NCBI RefSeq assembly: GCF_036321535.1
Contig: NC_087436.1
Coordinates: forward strand, 73,844,001 to 73,908,000
Length of the DNA stretch: 64,000 nt
Origin: Camelus dromedarius
Lineage: Eukaryota
Reading direction: 5' to 3'
The notes under the pieces were generated by a model, which saw only the letters and a program-made list of their open reading frames with translations, was not told the origin of the DNA and ran no database searches. Below, piece after piece: positions 26,101 through 38,330 of the stretch. Each line of letters begins with the position of its first letter. Positions within the stretch are counted from its first letter, which is position 1. Both the position numbers and the translations under genes were made by a program.

Positions 26101-27631
26101 TAGAGGCTACCCAGTAGGTTAATGTTCAAACCAGCCACAAGAGAAAACCTTTGTGGAGGCTCACGTGTGCTGTTTGTTAGGAGGGCTCTGACAAATTCAA
26201 GCCCCTGCACTTGATTGTATCGCTTTAATGCAGAACTGGAGTCTAACCAGTGTCCTCTGCTGCCATCTGTAGATAACTAACGGAAACTCAGGATCAAACA
26301 CTCCCTGAAGTGATCATTAAAGTTAGGCTGTTTGAAACACTATGAAGGATAATAACTAGGAGTTTTAAAAATTCAAGCCAAGAGGATATAATCAGAACTT
26401 TATTCCATTGTGACTAAATATAACTCTAGATGAAAAAAGGCAGTATCTCTAAAAGTGTTAAAAATATACTATACTAATTTTGTTGTACTAACACAGTCCT
26501 TTTTGTTACTTTTTAAAACTTGCTTATGATTTCCAAGATAAAAATGTGTGTTGGCCTTACAAAAGCTAGTTAGCTAAAGAAAATAGTTCAGTTGGTTAGG
26601 AGGTAGAGAGAATATCAGTGTCCCATTAGATAATACAATTCCTGGTGGTCAAAGATAGTCATATTAATCCAAGATTATGGGAGTGAACTGTTAGTAAATG
26701 GTAACAAAACCTTTGATCATTCTTCATGGGAAAATTACCACAAGTTAACCTTCTTCTACACTGTTTTCCTAGAAAGCTTGTTAAAAGTAGAATGTCAGCT
26801 ATATAATCAAGCTACTTTCCTTATTGTTAAAAAACGATCCCATTAGAAAACTGCCCTTAGATTGAGAGGGCTGTAGATGAATTATAAATACCTGGTAGGA
26901 AGCCTTAGCTTTGGGATTCCATACACTTTACAATGCAGATATAATGTGGTTTGTTGGAAGAAAACTTACAATCAGAAAAAAAGTGGAGCATATATCATCC
27001 CCTGAACTCTGATTGTTTTACTGAACAGGCTGGGTATCGATCATCTGGCATTTTGGACAGTGTTTCTCTAGAGAGGGGCCAGACTGTATACAGGTAAAAT
27101 ATATTCTACATATTAATAGAGTCATGGGGGCAGGGAAAGTCAACATTCCCAGGCTGGAAAAGTAATCTGGTTAGAAGAGCAGAGCCACTGGGCTCCAGTG
27201 GCTGGAGCCTGTTTTGCTGAGCTAACTCACACCTGTTAAGCCGCCTGTCTGCCAAGCCATCAAAAGGAATAAGTAAGATGAACCCACATGGCTATCCAGA
27301 TTTATTTCTTACAAGTCCACCCTTTGTACTTGAGGGCTTATGAAATATTAAGTACCTTCAGTGATTCTGATAGACACTCTTTTTTAGCCTTCCCGGGAAA
27401 TAACGAAGTTTCTGTGCTGTTGTCTGGGACTGGGGAGTCAGTAGGATTCTGTATGGATAGGCCAGATAGGAAGTGACATATCCATCACCATGAGAAATGC
27501 ACATTATGAATCAATGCCCAGAACCTTTGGAAAGCTATTCAGACTGTTTATTCCATATTTATAGGAAAATGGAGAACTCTTCATCACCAACGTCCTCCAG
27601 ACTTTCACCCCCCAGACTTGTTTATGCTGAT

Positions 27632-28010
27632 TGTATTAGTCAAGGTTCAGCCAGAGGAATTGAATCAGTTGCAAGGAATTGGCTTGCATGATTGTATGGT
27701 CTGACAAGACAAGTCTGAAATCCATAGGTCAGGCTGTCAGGAAGGGCAGGTTGGAACACCTGGGAAATGAGCTGAAGCTGCTTTCCACAGGCAGAGTTTC
27801 TTCTTTTGGGAAGCCTAAGCTCTTAAGGCCTTTCAACTGCTTGAATCAGGCCCACCAGATTTTCTTGAATAATCTCCCTTACGTAAAGTTAACTGATTAT
27901 AGATTTTAATCCCATCACAAAATGCCTTCAAGGCAACAACTACATTAATGTTTGATTGAATAACTGGGGACTGTATCTTAGACAAGTTGACACATAAAAC
28001 TGACCCTCAC
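27632..28010 (-). mobile_element. MLT2-like (ERVL) solo LTR
   Basis: 'tgtattagtcaaggttcagccagag' to 'gacaagttgacacataaaactgaccctcaca', TG...CA termini. Confidence 0.75.
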
Positions 28011-28011
28011 A

Positions 28012-28557
28012 CCTATATTATCCATCACTGTATAACAAATTACTCTAAAATTTGGTGGCTAAAACAACATTTATTGTCTCATAGTTGCTGTGGGTCAGGA
28101 ATCTGGGTGCAGTGTAGCTGAGTCTTTTGACTCTGCATCTCTCCCAAGGTAGCAGTCATCATAAGACTTGACTGGGGAAGATCTGCTTCCCGGTTACTCA
28201 CATGGCTGATGGCAGGAATCTGTTCCTTATAGGTTGTTGACTAAAGCCTTCATTCTTCATGAGCTGTTGGCTGGATGCCTCACTTGTTCCTAACTACATA
28301 GGCCACTCCGTAGAGTATCTCGCAGCATGGCAGCTTTCTTCATCAAAGTGAGGAAGAGAGAGAGCCAGAGGGAGTAACCACAAGTCACAGTCTTTTGCAA
28401 GCCTAATCACAGAAGTGACATCTCATCATTGTTGCTATATTGCTTGCTAGAAGCAGGTTGCTAGGTTCAGTCTACACTTAAAAGGAGAGGATTACATAAG
28501 GGTGTGACTATTAGGAGGCAGGATCATTGGGAGCCATGTCAGAAGCTGCCTACCATA
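28012..28557 (-). mobile_element. MLT1-like (MaLR) solo LTR
   Basis: 'ctgtataacaaattactctaaaatttggtggctaaaacaac' to 'ggagccatgtcagaagctgcctaccata'. Confidence 0.75.
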
Positions 28558-29995
28558 ATCCCAACCCATTATTGTCTGTCATCCTCCTCTTGAGGATGAC
28601 CCAAATTGGCTGTCCTCTTTCCATAATGATAAGCTCTGTGATAACCTCTGCAGGCAGAGGAGAGTAGCCACAGAACCACTGGAAGCAAAGTCAGCATCCC
28701 ATTTCATATACTAGTGTTTTTGATCTGATCAGTATGATATGTCTATCTTTTTGCTGAGGTCATGTGAAATATATATTCATTTACTGAAGTAAAAAATACT
28801 ATATGAATATCCATCCATCCACTGAGGTCACAAGTATACCCACACAAGCATATCCATGGTGCTTGGGAACTCAGCCAAGACGGAAGTTAACATCATCGTG
28901 TACAACTTACAAAAAGCTGAAGACAGCCAGTCTGTTTCATTGCTTGTTCTTTCAGAGGATTTCTCTTTTTCTTTTAATTGAGAGTAGTTCCTATGCTGAA
29001 GAAGATAGATAACTAATAGTCTCTAGAACTGTTTTTAAAAATTCCTTGTGTAGCCAAATGCCTGATAGCCTCAGGGTACCATCCAGATTCTCACAGATTT
29101 GTGCCATTTCCTGGACCAGTAGAAACTGGACCCAGTCACCTGGATTCTTGGTTCAAACTCCACAGGATGAGCAGGATTTGAGAGCAAGTTGTAGAGGAAG
29201 ATTTCATAGTGAAGCCAGGCCTCTCAGGGACCTCCACCCCCATCTTAGATGGAGAGGTTCATCCTCAGATAGCTGAACTTCCAGATGAGGTCAGTGAGTT
29301 AGCCAGGCTTGGAGAAGAGAATATATGATATATAGACCTTCATGTGACATTCTGGGAAGCCCTTCATGGCTCATGCTGGCACCAAATCTAAACACCCTCT
29401 CACTGAATTTCTTGCCTTAACCATTGCTGGGCAGGCTAGCAGATTCCCCTATGTATGTCAGGTCTCAGGGGTGTCACTGCAGCACTCACGACTTTTTTCT
29501 AGGGCATCACAAGCAAGAAGACCTCCTAGGGCCTTATAGAGGTATACCATTTGATGACCTGTTCCTCTTCTCCAAGAATTGTGAATTTCCTTACATACAG
29601 ATCCGTGTTCTGGGGCAGAACAACTTTATTTCTCTGTATGAATGTAAAAGATATTTGTTCATATATTCAAGATTCTTGAAGATCTGATTGAGATTCTTTG
29701 TTCCTTGTAGATAGCAATTGTCATGGTAAAGGGATAGGTTAGCTGTTGAGAAGGACATTTCATATCTGGAGAGAGGATTAATTAAACAGACAGATAAATT
29801 TTCTCCTAATTTTTGCAGACTAATCATAGAATAGGATCATACCATGTTAGCTTTTGGATGGAAATTTGAAGGTCATTTGAAGCAGTCTCTCAGTAAAAGA
29901 TACAGATAAGGAAACTGAATTCCAGAAATGTTAGATGTTTTATTTAGATCTACTACTGTTTGGTGACTGTACTATGAATATAAAAATGTATTTTG

Positions 29996-30094
29996 TGTAT
30001 GTATTTATTTATTTTTACTGGAAGTACTGGGGATTGAACCCAGGACCTTGTGCAGGCTAGCACCTACGCTACCACTGAGCTGTACCCTCCCAAC
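29996..30094 (-). mobile_element. tRNA-derived SINE (Vic-1-like) with target-site duplication
   Basis: Reverse strand reads ggagggtacagctcagtggtagcg...cctgggttcaatccccagtac (A and B boxes); TSD aaaaatgtattttg 29982-29995 versus aaaaatgtaatttg 30095-30108. Confidence 0.85.
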
Positions 30095-30238
30095 AAAAAT
30101 GTAATTTGCTTCCCACTAAATTATAAGTCTGACAGACTAGGAGCTGACAGATTAGATTACCAACAGCCATAGACTAATTTGAAATCTTTAGTAGGGTAGA
30201 TTGTGTCTAACTAATAAAGCTTTATCTTTATGTTTCAG

Positions 30239-30271
30239 GACTGAAAACTGCAAATTGTGTTGAGAACATGG
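30239..30271 (+). CDS. ART3: ART3 micro-exon, 33 nt, (G)LKTANCVENM
   Basis: tttcag| and G|gtaaga, phase 1-1; recalled human GLKTENCIENL. Confidence 0.93.
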
Positions 30272-31164
30272 GTAAGATATGCTTTCACGTTCTGTCTCTG
30301 TAATGGGAACTTTATCAGTGTTATTTCTCACAGGTATAGGTCGGGGCCACTCCACCACACTGTCATACTGTCTGCCAAAATTTTCTCAAGGCTGAGTTAT
30401 GCCTCTGCTACTACCTTTTCAGGTGAGGGTGCAGGAGCCTCCCACCCCAGCCTTGCCTGTGGCTGTCCTCTAAAACAGTACAATTGTCTTGGGCATGCAG
30501 GGGCCATGCCAGTCTGGCCCTAGCTTACCATTACAGGAGCTTAAGGACTCCTGAGTACCCTTACTTGACCCCTGTGTACAGAGCTAGACTCTCATTCCTG
30601 TGTTTGGACATGTTGGGAAGTAGTATTTGGGAGACTGATGAAGGAATAGAGTAAATAGGGCTCAAGGGGAAGGAATGGTAACATGGCCTGTCTTGGCTTT
30701 CTCAGGGAAAACAGGAGGGTGTAACTGAAAATAGTCTCTCTCAGAGGACCACGGGGAAGACTTGGGATGATAAACAAGAATTCTCCGACTATTAAGGAGC
30801 AGCATTATCAAATTAGACCCAACAGATTTCAACCAGAGTTGACAGAAAACGGCTTGGCATGATACATGCTTTGGGTGGATCCTTTTGAAGATTTCCTTAT
30901 TAAAAAGTTTGAAAATAAGGGTCCATTTCTAGCTGTCTTCCTGGCTAGTTTTTCTATGAATTCTTCTTCAGATAATTAAAATGAATCTACATCCATTTGT
31001 TTTTGAGATGGAAATTTTATATTTCTCATATTGCCATATTTTGCATGTATCCTGAATGTAAGCTAACTCAAATCTTTATTATTAATAAGCACTTTAAAAT
31101 AGCCTGAACCTGACATTCACATCTGTGTATAGTACTATGTAATGAAAACATATTTGTATTTCAG

Positions 31165-31197
31165 AATATTTTCAACCTATCTATGTCTACAATCCTG
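31165..31197 (+). CDS. ART3: ART3 micro-exon, 33 nt, (E)YFQPIYVYNP
   Basis: tttcag| and CTG|gtaaga; same peptide as recalled for human. Confidence 0.93.
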
Positions 31198-32190
31198 GTA
31201 AGAATGCTCTAATTTTTAAAAATAATCCTTATGTGGATATTTAATAGCTCTTTCCTGCTCAGCAAATCAATTCTTAGCTGAAGAAAAAGAGTACTTTGTA
31301 CAAATGAAGGAGTAACATGGCAGATGTAAGAGGGGGAAAAAGAATCTATTCTGGGGAAATTTACCTCCCTGCAAATGAGAGAGTTGGCTCTCTGGAGAAC
31401 TGAACAACATGGAAACATTCTGAGAAATAAAGTTAGTCAGACTTGAAGAGCTAGTTGTTCTTGACAGGTTTGAAGCCTCTTATATATAGTTCTGTATTCA
31501 GTTATTGAGATTAGCCTGTGTGACACCAAACATTCAGATGAAAGTAGAATTGGTCATTTGCCTCTCTGAAATAACCTGATGTTTGGTATCATTTGACTAA
31601 AACATCTGGGTGATTAGATGCTTTTTTCCCCTTACAATAAGTTTCCACTTACAGTAATATGGCCCAAATCATTTCTTTGCATTTAAGTTCCTTATTTTGT
31701 ATTTGGCCCATGTAGTTACAATAGGTTTTTCCTTATTGAAGAGAGAAAAGAGTCTGGCCTTTCCTTAAGCATGCAGTTTATTTGATGTTTGGAAGATATT
31801 TCCTGTCCTGATGTGAAACATTTCATGCCCCTGAGGACTTGCTTAGTAACACTTCTTACTGACCCAGTGCAGCCACAAGTTTTACTAGTCACTTTACAAG
31901 GACTTCAACTAGTCCTTCAAGACAGACATTTTTCTAGCTTGTGGAGACCCCTGCGAAACTCGTTATACGTGATAGTTTTTCTTAGTAGGAGGAGCCAGAG
32001 GAGTGTTCAGCCCAATTAGCCAAAGTGCATTTAGACTGTGGCTGACACTTAAATTTAGTAGCATATTTTACTGGATGTATCAAGTGGATATTTATGCCAT
32101 ATTACCTGAAAATAGTTTTGCTATAACTGTGGTAACCCCCAATTACTTTATTCTATTGTTGAAACTGGTAAGTTTCTTTTTTTAACTTAG

Positions 32191-32220
32191 ATGAGAAAAA
32201 CCAGAAGCTTGAAGACCCTG
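32191..32220 (+). CDS. ART3: ART3 micro-exon, 30 nt, (D)EKNQKLEDP
   Basis: tttttttaacttag| and CTG|gtaaga; recalled human repeat GEKNQKLEDH. Confidence 0.92.
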
Positions 32221-32880
32221 GTAAGACATTTTCATAAACTCTTGGGGCTTAACATTTGCCAGGCTGCTCCCTTAGGGGCGAGAGCAATTGGGCAGGGCAT
32301 GGTAATACCAAGTGGGAAGAAGGCAAGACGCACCTTAGCTTACCAGCTTGGTATATTTTGGTATATCAGAGACCCTCCTGAGTTCCAGATAGACCTCTTC
32401 ATAAGGACAACATAGTAGCTCTCTCTGAGTCTCCGTCTAACGATCCATAGGTCACCCAGCAAAGCAGTTAGACAAGACATGAGGAACGTTCCGAAAAACC
32501 TGTTATTTTCTGCTTTATGCTGCTACGTGTTACATGGATAGAAGGTGTAACTGATTATTCCACAAACAATAGTAACCTAGGATGTCCCTCAGAGGCATAA
32601 AAAATGGTATTTTTTTCTAAGTTATAATGACTTTATATATGTATATGTATTTCTGTTTCTAACAATCTGAGTAACGGATGCTATTAGCTATATCTATTTG
32701 ATTATTTAGTATGTTCCAAAGTATGATGCATTCCCAAGGTTTTTTTGTCTTTTAAAAATTACATTCTTCAAGGGTGCTGGGACGGAAACACTCATAAATT
32801 ACTTGTGAGACTATAAGCTGGAACTTTTTTGGAGGACAGTTTCTATAGTATGTATCAGTAGCCTTAAAAATATCCATACC

Positions 32881-32955
32881 ATGCATGACTGGGACATTGT
32901 GCTCTACACCAGAAATTGACACATTATAACTGACTGTACTTCAATTAAAAAAAAA
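32881..32955 (+). mobile_element. Very short 5'-truncated L1 3' end with poly(A) and TSD
   Basis: 'ccagaaattgacacattataactgactgtacttcaatt' plus an A run, flanked by atccatacc on both sides (ending 32880 and 32963). Confidence 0.75.
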
Positions 32956-33185
32956 TCCATACCTTTTAACCTAGCAACACTTTTAAATATTTGTCCTAAG
33001 GAAATAAACATAAAAATTTGTGTATGAAATATGTACAGAAATGTTTATGCAGTGTTATGGTAGCCAAAATTGATAAACAATGTTAGTGTTCAACAGTTGA
33101 GTATTGTTAAATAAATTACATTCGTATTATGAAACACCAACCAACTTAAAAGCCATGTTTTTGAAAAGTATTTAAAGATATGAGA

Positions 33186-33318
33186 GGGGGGAGGGTATAG
33201 TTCAAGTGGTAGAGCACATGCTTAGCATGCACAAGGTCCTGGGTTCAATCCCCAGTACTGCCTGTAAACATAAATAAATAAACCTAATTACCTCCTCCTC
33301 CACCCCAAAAACACTAAA
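33186..33318 (+). mobile_element. tRNA-derived SINE (Vic-1-like) with target-site duplication
   Basis: 'ggggagggtatagttcaagtggtagagcacatgcttagcatgcacaaggtcctgggttcaatccccagtac'; TSD aaagatatgaga 33174-33185 versus aaacatatgaga 33319-33330. Confidence 0.88.
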
Positions 33319-33407
33319 AAACATATGAGAAAGCAGTTATAATACAATGGCAATGAAAATAGAATATAAAATAGCATATGGAGTATAATATCAACTTTAT
33401 TTTAAAA

Positions 33408-33697
33408 TGTCAAAAGGTACAAACTTCCAGTTATAAATAAGTACAGGGGATATAATGTACAACATGACTATAGTTACCACTGCTGTATGGTTATTGTTAA
33501 GAGAATAGATCCTAAGAGTTCTTACCGCAAGGGGAAAAATTTTTTTTCTTTCTTTTTTTTTAATCTCTGTGAGATGCTGGATGTTAACTAAACTTATTGT
33601 GATAATTATTTCACAATATATGTAAATCAAGTTATTATGCTGTACACCTTGAATTATACAGTGTTGTATGTCAGTTATATCTCAATAAAATGGGGAA
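33408..33697 (+). mobile_element. L1MA-like 3' end
   Basis: 'gtcaaaaggtacaaacttccagttataaataag...cagttatatctcaataaaa'. Confidence 0.85.
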
Positions 33698-34162
33698 ATG
33701 CTAAAAAATGTATATGTGCATATACATATAGCAAAGAGGCTGAAAGGAAATATACCAAAATATTAAGAATGAGTAGCTCTGATATCTGAGATTATGAGTA
33801 ATTTTTAATAATATCCTGTGTTTCCTCCAATTTACTGTAATTATATTACTTACATAATCAAGAAGTTTTATTTTTAAAAAATAAATCATGACAAATGTAG
33901 ATCCTAGTCTTTGGGCTGAATATTAAAACAAAACAAAAACAAGAGCTTATTTTGCTTAAGCTAGGAGAGATCCTGGGTCACTAGTCATAATTCTCACCAT
34001 AATTCAGCTACCAATGGGTTAAATCATCTTCTCTTTTACCCTGTTCCCTGCCATTTCTCAAAGCTTTCAGAGTTTTGCACTGTAAATAGCCATATAAATA
34101 TAAACTTAAAATTTCAAGCTGATTGCATTCATCACTAAATAATTCTTTTTTTTTATCTTTAG

Positions 34163-34195
34163 GAATGAAAAACCAGGAGTCCACCGACTTACCTG
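34163..34195 (+). CDS. ART3: ART3 micro-exon, 33 nt, (G)MKNQESTDLP
   Basis: Long pyrimidine tract plus ag| and CTG|gtaagt; phase 1-1. Confidence 0.85.
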
Positions 34196-34814
34196 GTAAG
34201 TGATCTTTTACTCACTCTCTGAGACCAGCTGCAAGGTTAGAAGGACACACAAGGACTCCTAGAACGAGGGACATAACTGGCATGGAGAGGTCGAGGAATG
34301 GGTTAAGCCAAAACAGAGGGACTCTAGCTGTTGAGACCTTATTGTATCCCATGCAGTAATGTGCCAAGCGCTTTTATGATGTATCACCTTTAATCATCAC
34401 TTACTACAAACCTACAAGGTGTTTCTTTTGCATAAATAAGGAAATGAAGGTCAGCGGGATTAAGCCTTCCCAATCATAGAGCTCGTAACTATAATGACAC
34501 TAGAACTAAACCAAGCAGAGTCTTAGACCCAATACTGTTTCATTTAAAATCCAGTGTACTAGGACTGCCTTAGGAAAATAAGGTTGGAGGGATGTAGGCC
34601 ACATCATGAAGTTTTTGAAATCCAGCATAAGGAGTTTGGGTTTTGTCCAGTTAGAGAATGAAGAGCAATTGAAAGGTGTTTTTGTTGTTACTGCTTTCTT
34701 TTTCCTTTTTTTTTTTTTTTAAGAGTTAAAGATGGGAGAGGTATAGACAAAAGGGAGTATTAACAATGCAAGATAATTGATTAACACTAACCAGTAATTC
34801 ATTTCTGTCTTTAG

Positions 34815-34847
34815 GTATGAAGGGCCAAGAAGCCACCCAAATACCTG
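34815..34847 (+). CDS. ART3: ART3 micro-exon, 33 nt, (G)MKGQEATQIP
   Basis: tctttag| and CTG|gtaaga; resembles recalled human GVKILEPTQIP. Confidence 0.88.
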
Positions 34848-35462
34848 GTAAGACAGTTTTATTTACTCTGTGGGCTCAAGTGTGAGATGAGAAAGATTCT
34901 TCCAGGTATTAAAGAGAATATTGTCATGAGACTGTTATTCAGTAGTATTTCCTTTACAGCTGCCTGCCAGTCGTTTTACAAAGATTTAGCTGGGGAAGAG
35001 AGTAGAAAAAGTGCCGTTCCTCCCTAGTGTTTATGTGTTTCTGGAGCAGGAAAGTTAGCTTTATTGGGGGCATGGCTGAAGGCAAGGCTGCTGGGACCTG
35101 TATGAATGCAGTCCAGCCTTAGATTCCACAGCTAAAGGTTCTCAATAGAAACTTCAGCTTCGTGCAGAAGCTGTTAGCATTGGCTAACATCGCGGCATCT
35201 AGGATCTCCAGGTAATTAAACATAGTATTCTCCTGCTTAGAGGCAGACTCAGTGAGGCGCCATGGCAGAAGGCTCCTGAGCTTGGTGTGGATTTGCACAG
35301 TGAGGGTTCATGTAGCCAGAACTTTTAAGTAAAAAGCCAAAAACTACAGTACAGTGGGACCCTTGGCATTTACATCACTTGAGCTCATCAGACAAGAAAG
35401 AGTTTGGAAATTGTACTCACTGGAGCAAAGTTCAAGTCACTAAAAATTTCTTTCTCGTTTAG

Positions 35463-35495
35463 GAGTGAAAATTCCAGAAACTTTTTCATTACCTG
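35463..35495 (+). CDS. ART3: ART3 micro-exon, 33 nt, (G)VKIPETFSLP
   Basis: tttctttctcgtttag| and CTG|gtaagc; resembles recalled human GMKIPEPFPLP. Confidence 0.9.
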
Positions 35496-36777
35496 GTAAG
35501 CAGTGTTAGGCGTGTGAGAAAGGAAGCTGCCAGTTTGGGGAGTACAGACATAGTTGTCACCATTAGATACACAGGGGCGGCTAAGTACTTTGCACAAGAT
35601 CACATAAGTGAGTGAAGGACCCAAGTCTCTTAACTTAGGACCAAATACCTATTCCTTAAGACTTGTGGTTCCTCAACTGTTTTTCCAGGATATTTATCAT
35701 GGTAGATGTAATCTACCTTTAAGAGATAACCATGAAAACAGGTATTTTAAAAAGTGTCACTGAGGGCAAGGCCTTTGAGGGGCCATGAGTGTCTATGGTC
35801 AGAGAAACTGAACAGTGTGACTCCCGTCAAGTTCCTCAAGAGCCTCAGAACTTACGCTTACAGGAGATGGAAAAAAAAGGCCCTCAAACTTAATTTTTTT
35901 TCCTGAGACAAGAAGTTTAAAAAAAAAAGTGGACATGATCCAACATTTTACCAGAGAGCTATGGACAGTAATAAGTAATAACACTTTTCTGTGCCTCAGA
36001 ATTGTCATCCTTTAAACGTGGCTAACGCATGTTACCCTTACCTTATGGAAATATCTTAAGGATTATAAAAACACAGAATCTCAGGGTGCAGTCCCCCATC
36101 CAGTGCTTAAATCCTTTCTTCCCAGTTCATGTAGTGTTTTGAAATAATTTTTGGTAGGTTTTGTTATTTTGCAATCATCATCTGTTAAGTAATTTAGATT
36201 TTTGGCATCTGCTAAATTACATCCATTCATATAGTGCTGAGCTTTGCCTCACATTGCTGTCTTTGGATCCTGCATGGTGTGTGCAGAAACAGCAGTTCCC
36301 AGTTTATTATCTAAAGCCCTGACAGGCCCAGAAGAGGTTCCAGCAACACTTTTATATTCACCCAGATACTGTGAACTGATGGACTGATGTGGCCACAGCT
36401 TTGAAGTGAACCTCTAATGACACCCATGACAATTTGTGTGTACCACATCTCTAGCTCGCTGGACCTGAGTTTGACACCTTACTAGGCACACAGGTTGTCT
36501 GAAAGGCAGCTGCTGTGGAGTATGGGGGATGAGCATGGGCTGTGTAGACAGACAGACCCAGCTTCTTCTCTCCTCTGCCATTTCTTCTGGGTTACTTTGT
36601 ATAAGTTACCTCAGTTTTCTGCACCTCTGCTTCCATGTCTGAAAATGAAGAAAACTTCTGTCTTGCAGGGCTGATTAAAGTCCTAATGAGATAAAGTACT
36701 TGCAAAATGAATGGTGCTTTAAAATAGTAGTAAATGTTAGCTGCCTTTATTACTATCTGAAAATCTTTCTCATTTAG

Positions 36778-36810
36778 GAACAAAAATGTTACAACCGGAT
36801 GAAAAACCTG
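36778..36810 (+). CDS. ART3: ART3 micro-exon, 33 nt, (G)TKMLQPDEKP
   Basis: tctttctcatttag| and CTG|gtaata (weaker donor); same length, phase and G-x-K...P pattern as its neighbours. Confidence 0.78.
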
Positions 36811-38073
36811 GTAATAAATTCTTTACTAGGGGTGGAGGCACCGTCGGGTACTGAGTCCTTTACCATAATCATTTAGTTCAGTCTTAAGAGGTCTGGGGAG
36901 AGGACACTTGAGCTGTACAGCTTCTAACATCCCAGTCTGCAAGCCAGAGGCGGAAAACTTGAGAACTCCTTTCAGTGTGAGCAGTAGATTGCTATTATGG
37001 CTCTTTGGGCCAAACAGAGAAGGCACTTGACCTGAAACTGGAGCAGTTGGCTTCCAGCTGCGTCTGACTCCTCCAGAATGGGGCAGAAATAGCATCATGA
37101 GAGAGGTGTGTGTGAGAACCATGCAGCGTGGACCATCCGTTCTGTGCTCCTCGCTGCACTCTCCATGTCCTCCAGCAAAAGGGCCACTCAGTTTTGCTGA
37201 GACTATTCTGTATGGTGCCCTCTCCTAGAAAGCTGTGTGTAGTGCAGGCTTTTTTAAAGGTGGTGTCAAAACATTTACACAGGATCTCATACAATCCAAT
37301 GAGAGAAATACTGTTATCACCATTTCAGAAATGAAGACATGGAATATAGCAATGTTAAAGAACCTGTAAAAGGCTAGAATGAGACAGTCAGGACTCAAGC
37401 TTTTCAAGTTTTGTTTATTTTTTTGTCCCATGACACCAGTCTTCCAGCCAGATTTAGTTATAAAAATACACTTCTAATCTGGGCTCCCAGAAGTGGCATT
37501 TGGCCTCACATCCATCAAAATATGGCAATATTGTAATATTTCAATGCTAAGCACACACTTGGAGGTAGAATAGCATAGTAATTAAGCAGACATTTTGAAA
37601 TCAGGCATTGCTACCACTGATTACCTTTGTGACTTTATGCAAGTTTTGGGGAACATCTGTTTAATATGGATAACTCTGCTACCTATGAGGACTATAAGAA
37701 GTACAGGTGACAGTGTGCATAAAGCATTTGGACAATGTGTGACACATAGTAAGCACTCAGTAAGTGGTAGGTATTATGGTTGTGCTTGGGAATCTGAGTT
37801 CAATATGTAGGAAAAATACTTTTCTGTAAACAAAAATTTAACCTTTATTTTAATGGAAACACATACATGGTAGAAAAGAAAAAAAATTCCAAAGCGCTAA
37901 AGGAGTAAAAGCTAAACCCTCCCCGCAATCCCACACATACCTCTAAACCTAATACCCTGCCCCTCATCCCACACTGAGAGATAACCACGTTTGCTTAATC
38001 ATTTAATCAGATTTTTCTCTTTGGGATAAATAGGTATACAATGCAATTAACTCAAAATCTGTTTGTATTTTAG

Positions 38074-38103
38074 AAGATGAAAGTCAAGCTATCAACAATC
38101 CTA
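38074..38103 (+). CDS. ART3: ART3 micro-exon, 30 nt, (E)DESQAINNP
   Basis: ttttag| and CTA|gtaaga; recalled human EDKSQGNINNP. Confidence 0.9.
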
Positions 38104-38330
38104 GTAAGAAATCTCTCTTTTCCTTAGTTGATAAATGTCTGTTTCTGCAATATAGAAAAACTGAGAAACTAATTTTTTCTCAATAAAAGGAACAAAATCT
38201 CAAGAGTTGAAAGCATCATAACAGAATATACTGTCACACCAAATGCTTGTCTGTGCGAATGGCTGGGGGCAGCCTGACTTCGCCTCTGAGTCAGTCACTT
38301 TGAACTGTGTAGAGAGACTGCTTTTTAGAG

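Noticed and set aside
24530..29830. Possible ERV internal region or hidden gene in the long ART3 intron
   Set aside because: No gag, pol or env motifs and no consistent exon chain were recognised; only solo LTRs and small transposon relics are supportable.
32116..32173. Strong donor-like CTG|gtaagt at 32167/32168, suggesting a ninth micro-exon
   Set aside because: There is no AG 30 or 33 nt upstream; the nearest AG gives a 52-nt frame-shifting exon, and the donor is only 23 nt from the next acceptor.
33186..33260. tRNA-like sequence (also 30017-30091 on the minus strand)
   Set aside because: It has a SINE tail and TSDs, so it is a tRNA-derived SINE rather than a tRNA gene.
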